This document shows, one piece after another, positions 35,889-46,886 of a stretch of 64,000 bases of DNA. A program made the translations under genes and the position numbers. Source of the DNA: Massalongia carnosa (Eukaryota). Under the pieces are notes generated by a model that saw nothing but the letters and a program-made list of their open reading frames with translations, ran no database searches and was not told where the DNA came from. The DNA lies in assembly GCA_965645245.1 (NCBI GenBank), contig OZ287075.1, positions 1,984,001-2,048,000 on the forward strand, written 5' to 3'. How positions within the stretch are numbered: position 1 is the first letter of the stretch; every line of letters starts with the position of its first letter.

Positions 35889-36508
35889 ATTCATGGTAGG
35901 TATGGCAAATATGTCTTATCTTTCTTTCCGACGGTGAAGGGCAATCTGAGTTAAGAAAAGAGGTTCCCGTTACTGGTACTAGATAGGAGAAGGTAGGCCC
36001 TCACGGGGTGGAACACTTAAGAGGCGTCACTTTTCCCCTAGGCGAATTTCAATCTTTCCAAAAAAGGGGCGCTTCTGGCTACGGATGGAAAAGGGTTGGG
36101 AAGAATGGTTGCGGCTCCAACGTGATGGATGAACAGCGATGATCTAACGAAACCCCGGGATTTTTTTTCGGTCTTTTCGCTGTTGACATGTCATGTCATG
36201 TACGTATGTACTATCAGTCTCTCTGGCAGTTTCATTTTGATCCACTTAGCCAATCTCAGCGTCAATGGAATGTGTACCCTTTCTTGTACACTTGCCTGCC
36301 TGCCTGTCCGTCTGTCCGTCTGTCCGTCTGTCTCCCCTACCTACAAAATCCACCAACCTCCCCCCGTCTTATCTATCTACCAACCAACCAACCCAGCTGA
36401 CAATCCATTCCCCTTCCACCCCGTACCCACGTACCTATTATATTCTCGGTGCGGAAGTGTTTCGCCCGAGCCAGAGAGGATATTTGGTTGACCCCATGGG
36501 GGAGAGAC

Positions 36509-36592
36509 GATGGATCGATGGATGGATGGATCGATGGATGGATGGATGGATGGATGGATGGATGGATGGATGGATGGATGGATGGATGAATG
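36509..36592. repeat. (GGAT)n tetranucleotide microsatellite
   Basis: Long near-perfect gatggatggatg run between the convergent CRT10 and RBR ligase genes. Confidence 0.95.
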
Positions 36593-36822
36593 GTTACGAT
36601 ACATACCTACCATAACTAAGTTACTCGCTATCTACCTACCTATGCCAACCCCCTGTTATATGTAGCCCTTTTTCTTGCGCAAACCGCCCACCTGGTCACT
36701 TGATACGGCATCTCGAGGTTCTTTGGAAAGGGGGAAAACCGGGGGGGGGGGGGAGGGCGGATATGTAAATGCCTCTCCCGCCCCCGCCCCATCCCCTTCT
36801 ACATCTACGGTAATAGGTACTT

Positions 36823-36860
36823 GTTGGGCTTGGGCTTGGGCTTGGGCTTTGGCTTTGGCT
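36823..36860. repeat. (TTGGGC)n hexamer repeat
   Basis: Sequence reads ttgggcttgggcttgggcttgggctttggctttggct. Confidence 0.85.
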
Positions 36861-37277
36861 TAGTGGTTGGTTAGCTGAGGAAAAGGGGTTTTGGTAGGTA
36901 GACGGACTTATGCTTGGGGGGGGGGGGGGGTAACGGAGTTGTTATTGAATGTAGATAGATAAGTATAGGCATGGGTATAAATATACTACGTAGTATGTAG
37001 AGTAGGCGGTTTCGCGGTTTCGTGGCGTGGTCGGGGAGTAAATAGGTATCTATGAAGATGTACAGATAAACATGCAAAACGGGATGGAACCGACGTGATG
37101 ATGCCCAAGGCTATGAAACAGTAAACAAACGCCTCGGCGATGCGGAGATTCAGACGCAAATGGCAATTCCTCTCTATTGGCTCTTTTGGCTCTTTCTTTT
37201 TCCTTTTCCCCGGCTCCTTTGATGGCGCCCCCCCATCACCAAACCTTCCAACAGGTTCTCCCCTCCTTTTTACCAAC

Positions 37278-37597
37278 CTACCTGAAAAACCCCTCTTCCC
37301 CTTCCCCGCCCTCCTCGCCCATCTCGTCGCTATCCCACTCGTCCTCTTCGTCGTCAATTACGAGCTGGAGGAAGTGCTGCAAGCCTTGCACAGGGTTTGG
37401 TGGCATTGGAGGCGCCAGGGGCGCCGGGCGCTGTAGGCCGGCCTGGACGCGCCGGGCGCGGTAACCTAGAGGACGTGGAGGTGGTGGCGGTCGTGGCGGC
37501 GGTCGTGGAGCTCCTGGGGCCACGGGGAGTTGTGGTGCTCGGTGGGGTTGTTGGCGGCGTTGAGGGCCACCAGGAGGAGGTTCATCTCCATAGTCAT

Positions 37598-37637
<40 letters not shown>

Positions 37638-39237
37638 AGATTCGTGGAAGAGATTTCCGAGAACAAGGTCGGGCGGTGCGGGAGGCACGGCCCCGCCCGC
37701 GAACCCATTGTCAACGTCCGCGCCATCGCCGGCCTCGAGCTCCCAAAGCCGCATATAGCAAGGGCTTTTGATGGTGTTGAAGTGCCCGTAAGGGTTCGCT
37801 TGGTCGAGCCAGGCGCTGCACAAGTAGCAAAAGTGTGAGTTGCACTTGAAGCACACCATGTGATTGCACCCCTGAGTTTTCTGGCAGCGAGCGTTACACG
37901 TCGGGCATGGCGTCGTGTGCAGCGTCATGTACTGCTCCGAAGCGCGCTCTTCCGCAGTAAGCTCGTGCTGTTTGCGCGGGAAGCATGTATAGAACTCGCC
38001 GTGCCAGCTCGCTTTGCATATCTTGCAAAAGGCAAAGGTGCAGTCTTCGCAGATAGCGAGACGTTCGTGGGGCGGGGGAAGGATGTTTTCATTGGAGTTT
38101 GAATCATAACGGAGGGGTTCTTGAGCGGGGACGGAGTCTTCAGACTCGGAGTCCGAGGAAGAATCCTGGGGGGAGTCGATTTTCTTGGAACGTGCGGGAC
38201 CTTGACACCACTGCCGCGGGCAATAAACGGTAGTCCGGTCAGACTCCAGCTTTTTCTTACGTTTAAGCTTAATGTATCTTTGGACCGTTTCTTGTTCAAG
38301 CGGGATTTGCAGTAGCTCGCTTGGGTCTAGGGTTCTGTCTGACTTGTGCCGTCGATTCCTGCGTGACTGAGGTCTCGTTCCGTCATTAAGTCCTGAACCG
38401 CTACTACAGTTCGGGACCATACATTTTACATTGGAGATGTCTCCTTCCGTGATGCAGGCGTTAAAAAAGTCCTGTAAGCAATCAACACAAAAGACGTGGG
38501 AGCACAGAAGTAATCGATGGCACACGGATCCCTTTTTGGGTTCTTGTGCTTGAATTAGCAATGCTTTGCTAAGGAAAAGATTTCTACATACCTAAACAGA
38601 CTCCACATTCAAACGTTTCCTGCTCAAATTTTGCACGCTTCGCCTGCAGGTCAAAGTCTAGAAGTGATATTTTCAGGGATTGTGAAATCTCCAGGTTTTC
38701 CTTATGGCCGAGCAAATCGAAGCCTCTTTCGGCCGCCTCTCGTAGGTAGTCGATGTAGGAGAAAACCACCTGATCTCTTCCCGTATCCTCCCAGATGGTA
38801 TGACCAGCAGCCCTGAGTTCCTCTAATTTCCCATTGGGCAACCATAACGGCTCAGTAAAAACGTCAAATATGGGTGGCTTATGAGTTGGATATCCATCTG
38901 GAAGCCAAATCTTCAACTTCAGAGGAGGTAGATGCGAAAGGTGAGTGACATCGTGCGCTGGACCATCTAGATTAAGGTGTTCTACCTGAAATGGTCTTTG
39001 TGCTAGAGGAGCGCCTTCCGTCTCATCAGATGTTGGGGGAGTCAAAACCGCCAAGGGAGGAGCTCCATCCGCTGATGGGGGAAAGACCACAGCAAGTGGT
39101 TTTATCGGTTCAACATTGATTTCAATTGATGCGGAAAAAGGATCTAAAGGTTCGATGACAATCTCTGGATAAATTGCTGCAATCGACGAGAGTTCAATAG
39201 CTCGCTCATCCTCCGACTCTTCCAATTCATCGGCCAT
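37278..39237 (-). CDS. ITT1: RWD + RING-IBR-RING E3 ubiquitin ligase (Itt1/RNF14-like)
   Basis: RWD domain (ELSSIAAIYPE; LPDGYP). RING1 CGVCL, intron 38591-38543, then CSHVFCVDC. IBR YCPRQWC..CEDC..FCKIC..WH. RING2 CPTC..KTQGCNHMVC..HFCYLC. Acidic and Pro-rich tail. Confidence 0.92.
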
Positions 39238-39558
39238 GATACTTGGTGAAACGATGGAAAGACATGAGCTGCGGAAACACTATTTCATGGTTCGCAGAAG
39301 TTCACGGATGCATTCACAGAAGAGAAAGAAATGTAGAAAACAAGAAGGAGAACATTTGGGAAAAAAGAACTGAAAATCGTTTGGTGAGTCATCGTCTGGT
39401 GAGTGGCGAGAGACATCGTCGAGGTTGATGCAGGCCTAACAATGCTGACTAACTAATCAACTACTCCTTAACCTACAAGCGAACATGCGATTACTTTCTC
39501 ACCCACCGTCTGCCTTCGATACTCTGTACAGAATATTTCCTCGTTACTCGCAAGCAGG

Positions 39559-40428
39559 ATGGAGGACGCTCCGCTCGCGTCGCTATCTCTAACCCATGTC
39601 CACTACGTACGCTTCACTTCACCTTCACTACCTATTCGAGTCAAACTTCTAAACATCCACTGATGTGCAAGTATAGAATTCCGGAGACCCCATCTCCTAC
39701 TTTTGTGCATGGCTTGCCCTAGTCCCCCAAGCTCTCTGCGTCATCTATGTGACTCTGATCTGGTCAACCCGCGAGATTGAAATTCTTTTCATGTTCGCCG
39801 GCCAAATGGGTTGCGAGGCGCTGAATTTCCTGCTGAAGCGCCTCATCAAGGAGGAGCGCCCGAAACGTACTTTCCTCGCCGCTTTTAAATGTCTCGCCGA
39901 GTGTAGCGCAAGGATATCTTCACGATGGGAATTGGGCTGATAATCGGTGCTGTTAAACTAGAGATGAACGGCAAGGGCTACGGCATGCCCTCCTCCCACG
40001 CCCAATTCGCTACCTTCTTCTCCCTTTCCCTTACCCTCTTCCTGCTCTTCCGCCACACCCCGCACCCCTCTCCTACCCACACGCCCATCACCTTCCCTCA
40101 ACGCATTCTCCTCTCCTTTCTCGCGCTCTTGTGTGCCGCCGCCGTGGCCGTCAGCCGTATCTACCTTAACTATCACACCGTGAAGCAGGTATTCGCTGGG
40201 AGCGCTGCGGGGGCTGTGTCGGCTGTGGGATGGTTTGCGGTATTGACGTGGTTGAGGAGAAGCAGGTGGGTGGATTGGGCACTGGAGATGAGAGGGGCGC
40301 GGATGTTGAGGATAAGGGATTTAGTGGTGGAGGAGGATTTGGCGGAGGCGGGGTGGGAACGGTGGGAGGGGCGGAGGAGAAAAAGACGGGCGGAGCAGAA
40401 TGGGGAGCTGGGGAAGAAGGTTCGATAA
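39559..40428 (+). CDS. CAX4: Dolichyl pyrophosphate phosphatase (PAP2 family)
   Basis: Three exons: MEDAPLASLSLTHVHY / NSGDPISYFCAWLALVPQ..KRLIKEERP / GKGYGMPSSHAQF..SRIYLNYHT..QV, covering PAP2 motifs C1-C3. Confidence 0.93.
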
Positions 40429-40711
40429 CCTGATTGATACGTGCATAATTCGTTGGGAAATATATACCATGTTCATCATTCCATCAGGCGGTCTCTCCCC
40501 CTCCTCAAGGGCGTCCTTCGCAGCGAAACATCCAATTTCTGGCAGAGTTTGAGCATCAAACCTTCTAAGCCCTCTCATGGCCGTTTGTGTTGAACCAACC
40601 GGTGCCAGACGGCGAAATACTCTTCAAATGTTGAATCCTTCAGCTAACACCACCATTCCCTTCTTAGCCACGATACGATCAGATCACTAGAGCGCCACAT
40701 CGTGGCCAGAC

Positions 40712-42068
40712 TCATTTCCAGCCCTCCGCATAGTCAACAAGATACGCCACCAGTTTCTCTACATTTGCCATCGGCACCGCGTTATAGTTGCTTGCCCTGA
40801 TCCCGCCTACGCTCCGATGCCCCTTCAACCCCTGCAACATCCTCTCCTCCGCGCCCTCCAAGAACTCCCTCTCGCTTGCCGCGTCGCCCCCGCGCACACG
40901 AAAGCAGATGTTCATCCGGCTGCGAACGTCTCTACGCGGCACAACCTGATAGACATTCGACCGCCCGTCCAGCACATCATAAATGATTTTCGCCTTCGCG
41001 TTGGAAAGAGCTTCTTGCCCGGCGAGCTTTGCGGAGCCGTGCGTGGATAGCAGGGAGCGCATGACTTGGCCGGCGATCCAGATGCTGAAGATCGGCATAG
41101 TGTTGTACAAGGAGTTGTTTTTGGCTATGACAGGCCAGTTGAGGATCGTGGGCGGGGACCAGACCCCTACGGCGTGGAGGAAGGGGGATGGGGGAACGGT
41201 TTCGAGGAGATCTTTTCGGACGATGACTAGCGTGATGTCTGTGATGCCGATGTTTTTTTGCGCGCCGCCCTATGTGGAAGTCAATTGGGACATGGGAAAT
41301 GAAGAGGGACGGGAGACGTACGAAGATCACCGCGTATCTGCTAACGTCAACGCGCCGGCTGAGGAAGTTTGAGCTCATGTCTACTACTACGAGTCTTTCA
41401 TCGTCTGAGTTTGATGAAGAGGGCTCCAGGATCTTTGGGTATCTTGCAAACTCCACACCGTCCACAGTCTCGTTGTCGCAATAATATACAAATGCACTAC
41501 CCTTCCCTCCCTGATTTGGCGATGGCGTCAACTTCCAGGTACTTTCGTCGGGAATGCTACCAAATTTTTCTCTATTTGCTCCTCTAGAGTCCAACGCTAC
41601 GTTTATCAATCCCTTCCCCAAAGGTTCCAGGAGTTCGGCAGCTTCTTGCGATGCCTTTAGTGACCAAGATCCGGTTACCAGGTAATCAAGGCGCAGCTCC
41701 TCCTGCACTTCCCTCTTCACCCTCTCTAAAACTTTCTGCTCGTCCCCTGCAAGGTCCTTCTTAGCCCGCCTTCTCCGTCTCTCCACCCACACCGCAACCA
41801 TGTTGAAAACGACGGCGCTGAATTCAGCACTACCGCCTCCGTGCATGAAGAGAATTTCATAGTTGTCTGGAATATCTAGAAGAGATACTAAAGCCGCTTT
41901 GCTTTCAGCTACAATTTTGTTCGCTGTTGCGGAACGGTGGGAGATCTCGGCTAGGGAAAGCCCGGTGGACTCGAAGTTGAGGAAAGCTTCAGCGCCAGCA
42001 GCGAGGACCGGAGTTGGGAGAGGAGCAGGGCCTGCACCGAAATAGGCCACTTCCTCTCTTGTGGGCAT
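40712..42068 (-). CDS. SER1: Phosphoserine aminotransferase
   Basis: YFGAGPAPLP, EISHRS, TGSWS, YCDNETVDGVEF and DMSSNFLSR; intron 41321-41270; then GGAQKNIG (PLP lysine), YNTMP and GHRSVGGIRASNYN. Confidence 0.96.
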
Positions 42069-42379
42069 TTTCGGTACACTAGTCTCGGTGGAATACAAGA
42101 TGAAGTTTATGAGAAATTAAATCCTTATTCCTTTCGACTGCATTCAACGCATAAGGAAATAATCAAATAAGTTTTAAGCAATCTCTCGAAGTAGACCACT
42201 GAATGCACAAGCTATTTTCTAGAATCGGAATTTGGAAATAGTATGTATCTAATAGGAAAAAAGTCGAAAGGGAAGTGCGTTGCAGAGTAAGGAGTAGATC
42301 TCGAAAAAAAGATTAGATCCTGTACGAAATTTCTCGTAACGAATATCTGACGAGATGAGACTTAGAGACTCAGTGTTTG

Positions 42380-42386
42380 TGAGTCA
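42380..42386. promoter_or_regulatory. Gcn4/CpcA response element (TGAGTCA, reverse complement TGACTCA) in the SER1-LYS4 divergent promoter
   Basis: Exact consensus at 42380-42386, a near-match AGACTCA at 42366-42372 and a CACGTG E-box at 42423-42428. Lies between two amino-acid biosynthesis genes. Confidence 0.65.
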
Positions 42387-42627
42387 GGGCTCAGGAGGTT
42401 TTTGGCTTAGTAAGTCCAGGAGCACGTGAAAACGATGAGGGACGGAACGGTTTAACTAACTTGCTTAACTATTATAGTGAGGTAACTACTTCCCAACTAC
42501 CTTTATTACGGAATTTATGTCTAAGAGAAAGTACGGAGTATACATATGAACTACCACATAGAACAAAAAGGAAAGAAACAGCTGTATCTGTTCAGGCTCT
42601 ATTCAAAAATACCTGTTGTGTTTGTCA

Positions 42628-45337
42628 ATGATGATACGAGCCTACTCAATGCCCGGGCCTAAAAGGCTTCCAGCGAGAAGGATTCGTCTCAGCAGACAGC
42701 AGAGTAACCGGGCCTGTTGCGTGCTCGAACGTCACGTAGCCATCAGATCGCTCATGTCAACTGCTACCTATCAACCGCAATTCCGGTCTTATTCAGTCAC
42801 CACAAAATACAATCAAAATGTCTACCGTGCGCAGCTTGACGATTCTTCGTCCGCAGCTATCTTGTCGATACTCAAGACATCACCACCAGTACCTCAAACC
42901 CTGACGGAGAAAATCATTCAACGACACTCTGTGAGTCTTCCAGAAGGCAAGTTTGTGAGGGCTGGAGACTACGTGACTTTGTCGCCTGAAAAATGTATGA
43001 CGCATGACAACTCTTGGCCCGTTGCTTTAAAGTTTATGTCCATTGGAGCATCAAAAATCCGGTTTCCACGTCAGATTGTCATGGCGTTGGATCACGATGT
43101 GCAGAATAAAAGCGACTCTAACTTGAAAAAGTACCGCCAGATTGAAGAGTTCGCTAAAAATCAGGGGGTAAACTTTTACCCTGCTGGTCGAGGCATTGGA
43201 CACCAGATCATGGTTGAGGAAGGATATGCTTGGCCAGGATCTTTAGCTGTGGCCTCTGATAGGTACCGTATCGTGATGAGTTAAGGTATGAAGCAATAGC
43301 TGACTGTGTCGCTCATAGCCATTCTAACATGTACGGCGGCATTGGCGTCTTAGGTGCGCGATTGCCGACTATATATATAAATTTAGCTTGCAAACTGACT
43401 GTGGCCTAGGAACACCTGTGGTCAGAACTGATGCGGCAAGCATATGGGCAACGGGGCGTACTTGGTGGCAGATTCCCCCCATAGCCAAAATAAACCTTAA
43501 AGGAACACTTCCCCATGGCGTTTCTGGCAAGGACGTAATTGTAGCTCTTTGTGGCCTATTTAATAATGACGAAGTTCTGAATCATGCACTGGAGTTTGTT
43601 GGGCCTCCGGACACCCTGGAAAGCCTGCCTATTGACGATAGGTTAACTATTGCGAACATGACAACAGAATGGGGTGCGTTGACGGGCTTGTGAGTACTTT
43701 ATTCTAAAATCAGCCAAGTTTTCATTCTAAGTAATGCAAGGTTTCCTATCGACTCAGTGTTGGAGAGCTGGTTGCGGTATAAAGTAACAAAGTCTGAATT
43801 ATATGAATCCATGGCTTTGGAGGAGGCTGCTACTTATAGAAGGTTTACGCATAAGCGGGTAGACCGGATTTTCATGGACCACCTAGCTGCAGATAAAGGG
43901 GCTATCTACGCTAAAGAATTCTTTTTAAATTTGTCAACATTATCGCCGTATGTTTCTGGACCTAATTCTGTGAAGATTGCAACACCTTTGGACGAACTTT
44001 CGGTCCAAGAAATTCGAATTCAAAAGGCTTATCTTGTCTCCTGTACCAATTCACGGGCTTCAGATCTTGCTGCGGCTGCCCAGGTATTCAGAGATGCTGC
44101 AGAAAAGAATGAAGGGAGCAGTCCAAAAATTGCAGACGGGGTCGATTTTTACATTGCAGCAGCTTCTATGCCTGAACAGTTGACGGCCGAAGGGAGTGGT
44201 GATTGGCAAGTGATGCTAGATGCAGGGGCAAAGCCATTACCAGCCGGCTGCGGTCCTTGCATTGGGCTCGGGACGGGGCTCTTGGAAGCTGGAGATGTTG
44301 GGATCAGTGCAAGTAATCGCAATTTCAAGGGCCGCATGGGATCGACAGATGCAAAAGCATATCTTGCATCACCATCGGTTGTGGCCGCAAGTGCCTTGAG
44401 CGGTCGAATCACAGGCCCAAGCTGGTACACTAAGCCTGAAGGGTGGTCGGGAATCATCATGGGTGAGGGTAATGGGATTCAAGAGGGCACTGTTATGGAG
44501 ACTACGCAGTCCGCTTTAGAGAAAGCAGTTGCGCTATTGGATAATATGGTGGATCTTGCAAGTACAGATTTCGAAAAGGGGCCAGTGACGGAAAATGATC
44601 ATGCAGGACAGTTAACCGAGATTCTCCCCGGTTTTCCGGAAAAAGTTGAGGGAGAGATTGTCTTCTGTGACGCAGACAACATAAATACCGATGGTATCTA
44701 TCCCGGAAAGTATACGTACGAGGATAATGTGTCTACCGAAAAGATGGCTGAAGTATGCATGTTAAACTACGATACGCACTTCTCATCGATAGCGCGAGAG
44801 GGTGACATTCTTGTCGCTGGCTTCAACTTCGGTTGTGGCAGCTCTCGAGAGCAAGCAGCAACAGCAATATTAGCAAAAAAGATACCGCTTGTGGTGGCTG
44901 GAAGCTTTGGGAACATATTTTCACGTAACAGCATCAACAACGCTTTGATGGGCGTTGAGGTTCCGCGGCTGGTCCAAAGATTGAGAGAGTCGTTTTCCAA
45001 CGCGAATACGCAATCATCCCAACAAGACGTCACTGAGCCAGCCTGCAACAGTGATTCATTGGACTCACCGCCGCCAGCCACCCAAAAAGTACCGAAGGGA
45101 GAGAAACTGTTGACTCGCCGGACTGGCTGGAGATTGGTGTGGGACGTCAGACGAAGCAAAGTCGAAGTTCAAGAGGGAGAAAACGGTGTTAGCTGGAGTC
45201 AAAAAGTCGGGGAACTTCCTCCCAACGTTCAAGAAATCATAGCCCTAGGAGGCTTGGAAAAGTGGGTGAAGAAAGAGCTCGAGTCAGTTTCAGGAGTATT
45301 TCCGAAGCATGTTGCCTCATCAGTGAAAGACTTGTAA
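42628..45337 (+). CDS. LYS4: Mitochondrial homoaconitase (alpha-aminoadipate lysine pathway; lysF)
   Basis: [98 protein letters not shown]. Three introns in 43263-43740. Exact start codon uncertain. Confidence 0.96.
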
Positions 45338-45943
45338 AAGACAGGTTACTGGTAACAAAGCAGTGAAAACGAAATACCACAACCAAAAGATCGCTGAAGT
45401 CTCCTCGGTTGAAGATATTGTCTTGGCCAATCCCCTATCATTGATCAGCCTGGATCTAGAGATTCTCGACTTTGATATGGCCGTATGCTAAAAGGAAAGC
45501 AATCAAGGCTATGAGATTTTAGATTCAGCTCACTCGCGGCATTCTCAATTAATACTGTTATCCAGAAGATCTACAAATTGATCCGAAGGATCTTGGTAAT
45601 AATAAAGAGAGTTGTATCAAAAAATACACTAGCTCAACAAAGATCGAGTCAACATATATAAATACTTATTAACATTACTACAAAGATCAAATAACGGAGT
45701 TAGGAAGAACGCCACTTATTCTTTCTTGACTTAGTTCTTCGTGACCGAAGTTGTTGAATGGAATGCCTAAAGCGCTTCACAAACGAGTATGACACAAGAT
45801 CTGAACGCCTCCAGCTATCAATACGCCCTTCCCCGCTCTTGACTAACGACAGCACCTCACTAAAATAGACTTAACCATTGCCCGAATCGTTAGCCCAGTG
45901 GATCACGCCCTGGAATCGGCAATGGAGAGGAGAGCCAAGCAGC

Positions 45944-46339
45944 TTAACCATCCCCCCAAACCCCCTGCCCGACCCGAAAAGTGGCGAGCTCGGCCTTGCG
46001 CCGGTCCTGCAGCCTCCCCTCCTCTTCCTTGAGAGCCCGAAGCGCCACCTTGTTGAGATGCCGTCCGTCAGAGCTCGGGTCCGCCCGGCGCTCCGCGAGC
46101 TTGGTCTGCATCATCTCCATGACAGCCGCGATGCGCTCGTCCCACACCCAGCAGATCGCATCCTCCTGGTTGCGGTAGCAGGGCGGGCACAGCTTGGGCG
46201 CGTACACGGGGAGCCATTCTTGTAGCGTGAGCGGATCGCAGGTTTGGTTGTGGATGACTCCCAGGTCGCAGCGGCTACGGAGCGCGATCCGTTGGACGTG
46301 TCTGCATTCTTGGAATCTCATTTCCACTGCTTTGCACAT
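45944..46339 (-). CDS. Small Cys/His-rich protein, 131 aa, putative Zn-binding N-terminus plus coiled-coil C-terminus
   Basis: MCKAVEMRFQECRH..RC..TC..LCPPC pattern of small fungal 'MC..CxH' proteins, GC-rich coding-like composition, ends GVWGDG*. Confidence 0.6.
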   Translation of the reverse strand: MCKAVEMRFQECRHVQRIALRSRCDLGVIHNQTCDPLTLQEWLPVYAPKLCPPCYRNQEDAICWVWDERIAAVMEMMQTKLAERRADPSSDGRHLNKVALRALKEEEGRLQDRRKAELATFRVGQGVWGDG

Positions 46340-46886
46340 CGTGGCGTCTGGCTGGCTGTCCGGCTTGGCTTGTGGTGACGGGTAACTGTTGGTGGGTGTG
46401 TGGGCTGCTTGCTGTTTTGCGAGGGGGCTGTTTGGCAAGAGGAGATCACCAAAGATTGGAGAAACACTGCCCCCGGGGGTGGGGGGAAAGTATTTACACG
46501 GCTTAGCGTCTGGGAATACGTTTCTTTGTATGCCGAACACAATGGCTTTGCTCATGGTCTGTGTGTATCTTGGGCGCCATTGTGCATTGTCTTCGACACT
46601 TTCCCTTTTCCATTGTTCTAATTGTCCTCGACACTTTCCGTTTTTCCATTGTTCTGAGCCTATGCCATCACTTTGGACGAATAATGTTTACTGTTTGTTC
46701 CCAACCCTAACGGAACTCCCCACTAGCGATGTAGTTCGGTAGCATATTGTTCCGGATCCAGTTGAGGCGTAATGGAACCCAAAACAGCTGCAACGTCTAT
46801 TCTGTTTCGTTTTAAAGAAAAAAGGGTTCTCTGTGTTACATACACCAAAACACTCGACACAAGGACTGCGGACTTCACAATACCTG

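Noticed and set aside
36129..36863. ORFs with WMDG/PSIH/WA repeats
   Set aside because: Direct translations of (GGAT)n and (TTGGGC)n microsatellites.
41690..41800. Charged helical insertion in Ser1 (VERRRRRAKKDLAGDEQKVLERVKREVQEE)
   Set aside because: I recall similar inserts in other filamentous-fungal phosphoserine aminotransferases, so it is probably not novel.
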